Positions 61,380 to 64,000 of a stretch of 64,000 nt of DNA are shown here, piece after piece. The stretch lies in assembly GCF_016433145.1 (NCBI RefSeq), contig NC_058132.1, positions 646,539,319 through 646,603,318 of the forward strand. Direction: 5' to 3'. The position numbers were made by a program, and so were the translations under genes. The DNA is from Gracilinanus agilis (taxonomy: Eukaryota). Numbering within the stretch: the first letter of the stretch is position 1; each line of letters starts with the position of its first letter. Below the pieces are notes generated by a model. That model did not search any database. It worked only from the letters and a program-made list of their open reading frames with translations, and had not been told where the DNA came from.

Positions 61380-63700
61380 TTTGGTTCCCCTTAAACCTAC
61401 CTCTCTTCCCAATATCCCTGTTCCTTTGGGGGCACCATCATCATTCCAGTGATCAAGATTCACAACTTTAGTCATCTCTAACTTCTTCCCTTGGCCTTAT
61501 CCCAAATCCATCATGTTGTCCACTGACACCCATACCATTCTCTGCACATAGCCACCATCATAGTTCAGATCCTCATCACGTACCTCTTCAATTATTTCAA
61601 TTATCTTCTAAAAAGTATCTGGGTCCCAGCATTCCCCCTCTCTAACCTGTCCTCTAAACAACATCTTTAAGAATCTGCAGAAAGTCTTGATCTGGTTGGG
61701 TCACTCAAGATATTTCCCTGGCTCCCTATTGCTTCAAAGATATGTATGCCCCAACCTAGAATTGTAAACTGTTTTTGCACTTGCTCTTGTCTTCCTTTCT
61801 AAGTTTAGCTGTCTTTCCTGCCCTTCACACGTAGTGTAGCCAGGCTGGTCTACCTGTTCCTGCCATTCATCTCCTTGTTGCCATAGCTTTGTTCATGCTG
61901 CCTTTCAAACATGGAAGGATCTCCTTCCTTGCTTTTACCTCCTATAAGCCAGAGGTTCCTTCAAGACACAACCGACCTGCCTTCTGCACCTCCCAAGTGT
62001 TAATACTTACACCACACTCTAATTAGCCCAAATTCCCTTCTACATTTTATTCATGTTGCATCTCTCCAGTAGAAAAGAAACTCCTTGAGGGCAGAGAATG
62101 TTACCGTTTTGTTTTGCTAAGTGCAGCACCTAACATAAAATAAGGTCTTGCTCAAAAATGTGTTGAATGAATAAAGATATGTTGGTTTGGACCGAAGCAG
62201 AGGAATCAGGTAATTGCCTCCCCTTTAGTGCAAAATCCTTCTTTTCCTTTAAGGGCTGTTCTCCACTAAACCAGTACTAGAACTGCTTTCCCTAGATAGC
62301 TTTACATCCCCACCTTTTCCTTGAATTCATTGAGGGTTAGTTTACTTAATTAATCTACAATGAGCATGGCGCCTTCTCCATATTGCTGTCTGTCATTCAG
62401 TAATTTCTCAGTCTTGTCTGACTCTCAATGGCACCATTCAGGGTTTTCTTAGTAAAGATAGTGGAGCAGTTAGACATTTCCTTCTCCAGCTCATTTTACA
62501 GTTGAAGAAACTGATGCAAAAAGGATTAAACGATTTTCCCAGGATCACATAGCTAGGAAGTGTCTGAGGCTATATATGAACTCAAGATGAGCCTTCCTGA
62601 CTCCAGGCCCAACACTCTATCCACTATACCACATTGCTGCCTCTTGCACATAGTAGGTGTTTAATAACTATTTGTTTGATTTGATTAACTTAATTTTCAC
62701 ACTGAGAACTGATATGGAATAGTGGATAACATTCTATATTTTGAGTCAGAAATACCTAGGTTCAAATCCCACTTATTGGCTGCACATCACTGGGCACCTT
62801 GATTCATTTCACTGAGCTTCAGTTTCCTTGTCTGAAAAACGAGAAAGTTCGTCTGCTTCTCAGATTCCTTCTGACACGCGAGCTATAATCAGCTAACAGA
62901 AGCCTATGTTAACTTGCCCAGATCTCCCTCTTCTCCTCATCTTACATCTTGCTGACATCATTCCTTCATCCTATCTTTACCTTCATTCTAGCATCTGATG
63001 AAGAGGTGACCTTTCACTTTGTCAAAGACTAACTCCTCCTCTAATGCAATCTTGACCTTTCCCAGAAGATTTCCACCTCAAACCCCACTTCCTTTATAAT
63101 TTTCAACATCTTCCCAACTACAGGATCCTTCCCAATGCCTATAAACATGCTCATGCCTCTTGCATCCTAAAGCCAACAAACAAACAAAAAATAATTTATT
63201 CCTGCCATCTCTGATATCTAGAAATTAATATCTCTTTCCTTGAAAGAACTAAAGTCCTTGAAAAAACAATTATACTTCCTATCTCCCTTTTTCTTTACTC
63301 ACATTCTCTCCTAAGTCCACTAAATTCTGGCTTCCAATTTTATCATTTAATGGAAATTGACCTTTCTAAATTCACCAGTGACCTCATTTGACAAATTCTC
63401 AATTGATTTTTTTCAGTCTTCAACCTTCCAGACATCTCCGTAGCCTTTAATACATCAGATCACTCCCTCTTGGATATTCTCTCCTCTCTGAGTTTTCATG
63501 ACCCTGCTGTCTCTTGGTGCTTTTCTAACCTGTCTGACCATTCCTTCCCAATTTCCTTTGATGGATCATCATCTAGGTCACACCTGCTAAATGAGGCTAT
63601 CTCACAAGGCTCTGCCTAGGACCTCTTTATCTTATATCTCCCATACCTTCAATTATGATCTTTATGCAGAAGATTATCTGATTCACTCATCTCTACCTAC
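61380..63700 (+). mobile_element. L2 fragments with inserted MAR1-like (about 62400-62650, minus) and MIR (about 62710-62860) SINEs
   Basis: L2 3' end 'aaactccttgagggcagag' (about 62080). L2 RT-region 'cttccagacatctccgtagcctttaatac...ctgtctgaccattccttc' (63425-63550). Confidence 0.7.
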
Positions 63701-64000
63701 AGTGATAATTAGATTAAATCTACACTGCCCAGCTTTAGATTTAATTACCAAAGGTGAGAGCACCTCCAATTCTGGGAGGTCCTAACCCAAGCATGCTAGA
63801 GTGAGTGACGAATCAGAATGGACTGACTGCCCCCTAGGTGTAGAAGCATCTGTTGTGAGTGGACACAAGGACTAGGGGAAGGCACAGGAAGTGACACATA
63901 AGTGACCCCTTTAAAAAGAGGGAGTTGAGTGAGTGAGAGGAGCTTCTGGTGAAGAGGGCGGCTGATGAAGGAGCTCTTTCTGGTCCCTGAAGGAGGGTTG
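63701..64000 (+). mobile_element. Probable LTR (U3-like), truncated by the window edge
   Basis: Abrupt interruption of L2. Contains CCAAT-like gaatcag, an aggaagtg ETS site and tttaaaaag followed by a purine-rich R-like stretch. Confidence 0.45.

Noticed and set aside
1-64000. CRISPR arrays, operons, prokaryotic defence systems, rRNA, or an RSX-like tandem-repeat lncRNA
   Set aside because: No regularly spaced direct repeats, no gene-dense organisation, no rRNA similarity and no long tandem array; the sequence is mammalian repeat-rich DNA.

Overview
This is vertebrate genomic DNA, not microbial. By inference it is a didelphid marsupial such as Monodelphis domestica, based on the SINE1_Mdo-like SINEs, MAR1 SINEs, marsupial L1s and OposCharlie-type hAT MITEs. 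Family names come from recall of consensus sequences, not from a database search. I could not identify any intact, recognisable protein-coding gene. The long ORFs in the track are broken L1 ORF2 pieces, antisense reads of repeats, or N-filled gaps. Bases 1-30,300 are AT-rich and dominated by nested L1s. From about 30,500 onward the sequence is richer in GC and made mostly of old L2, MIR and CR1/L3 fragments, some of them unusually CpG-rich. There is an orphan CpG island at about 45.85-46.85 kb. I found no new protein-based system that the sequence supports. The most unusual directly visible structure is a perfect 93-bp inverted copy of an ancient MIR segment (26,761-26,853). It sits 2.6 kb away, inside the target-site duplication (TSD) of a SINE (29,449-29,541). 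Other notable items are a four-level TE nest with all TSDs readable, a two-template tandem SINE, and a hAT MITE carrying a near-consensus CTCF motif that is convergent with a strong CTCF motif at 47.05 kb. A MEF2-TATA promoter candidate and an isolated 48-nt exon candidate are weaker leads.
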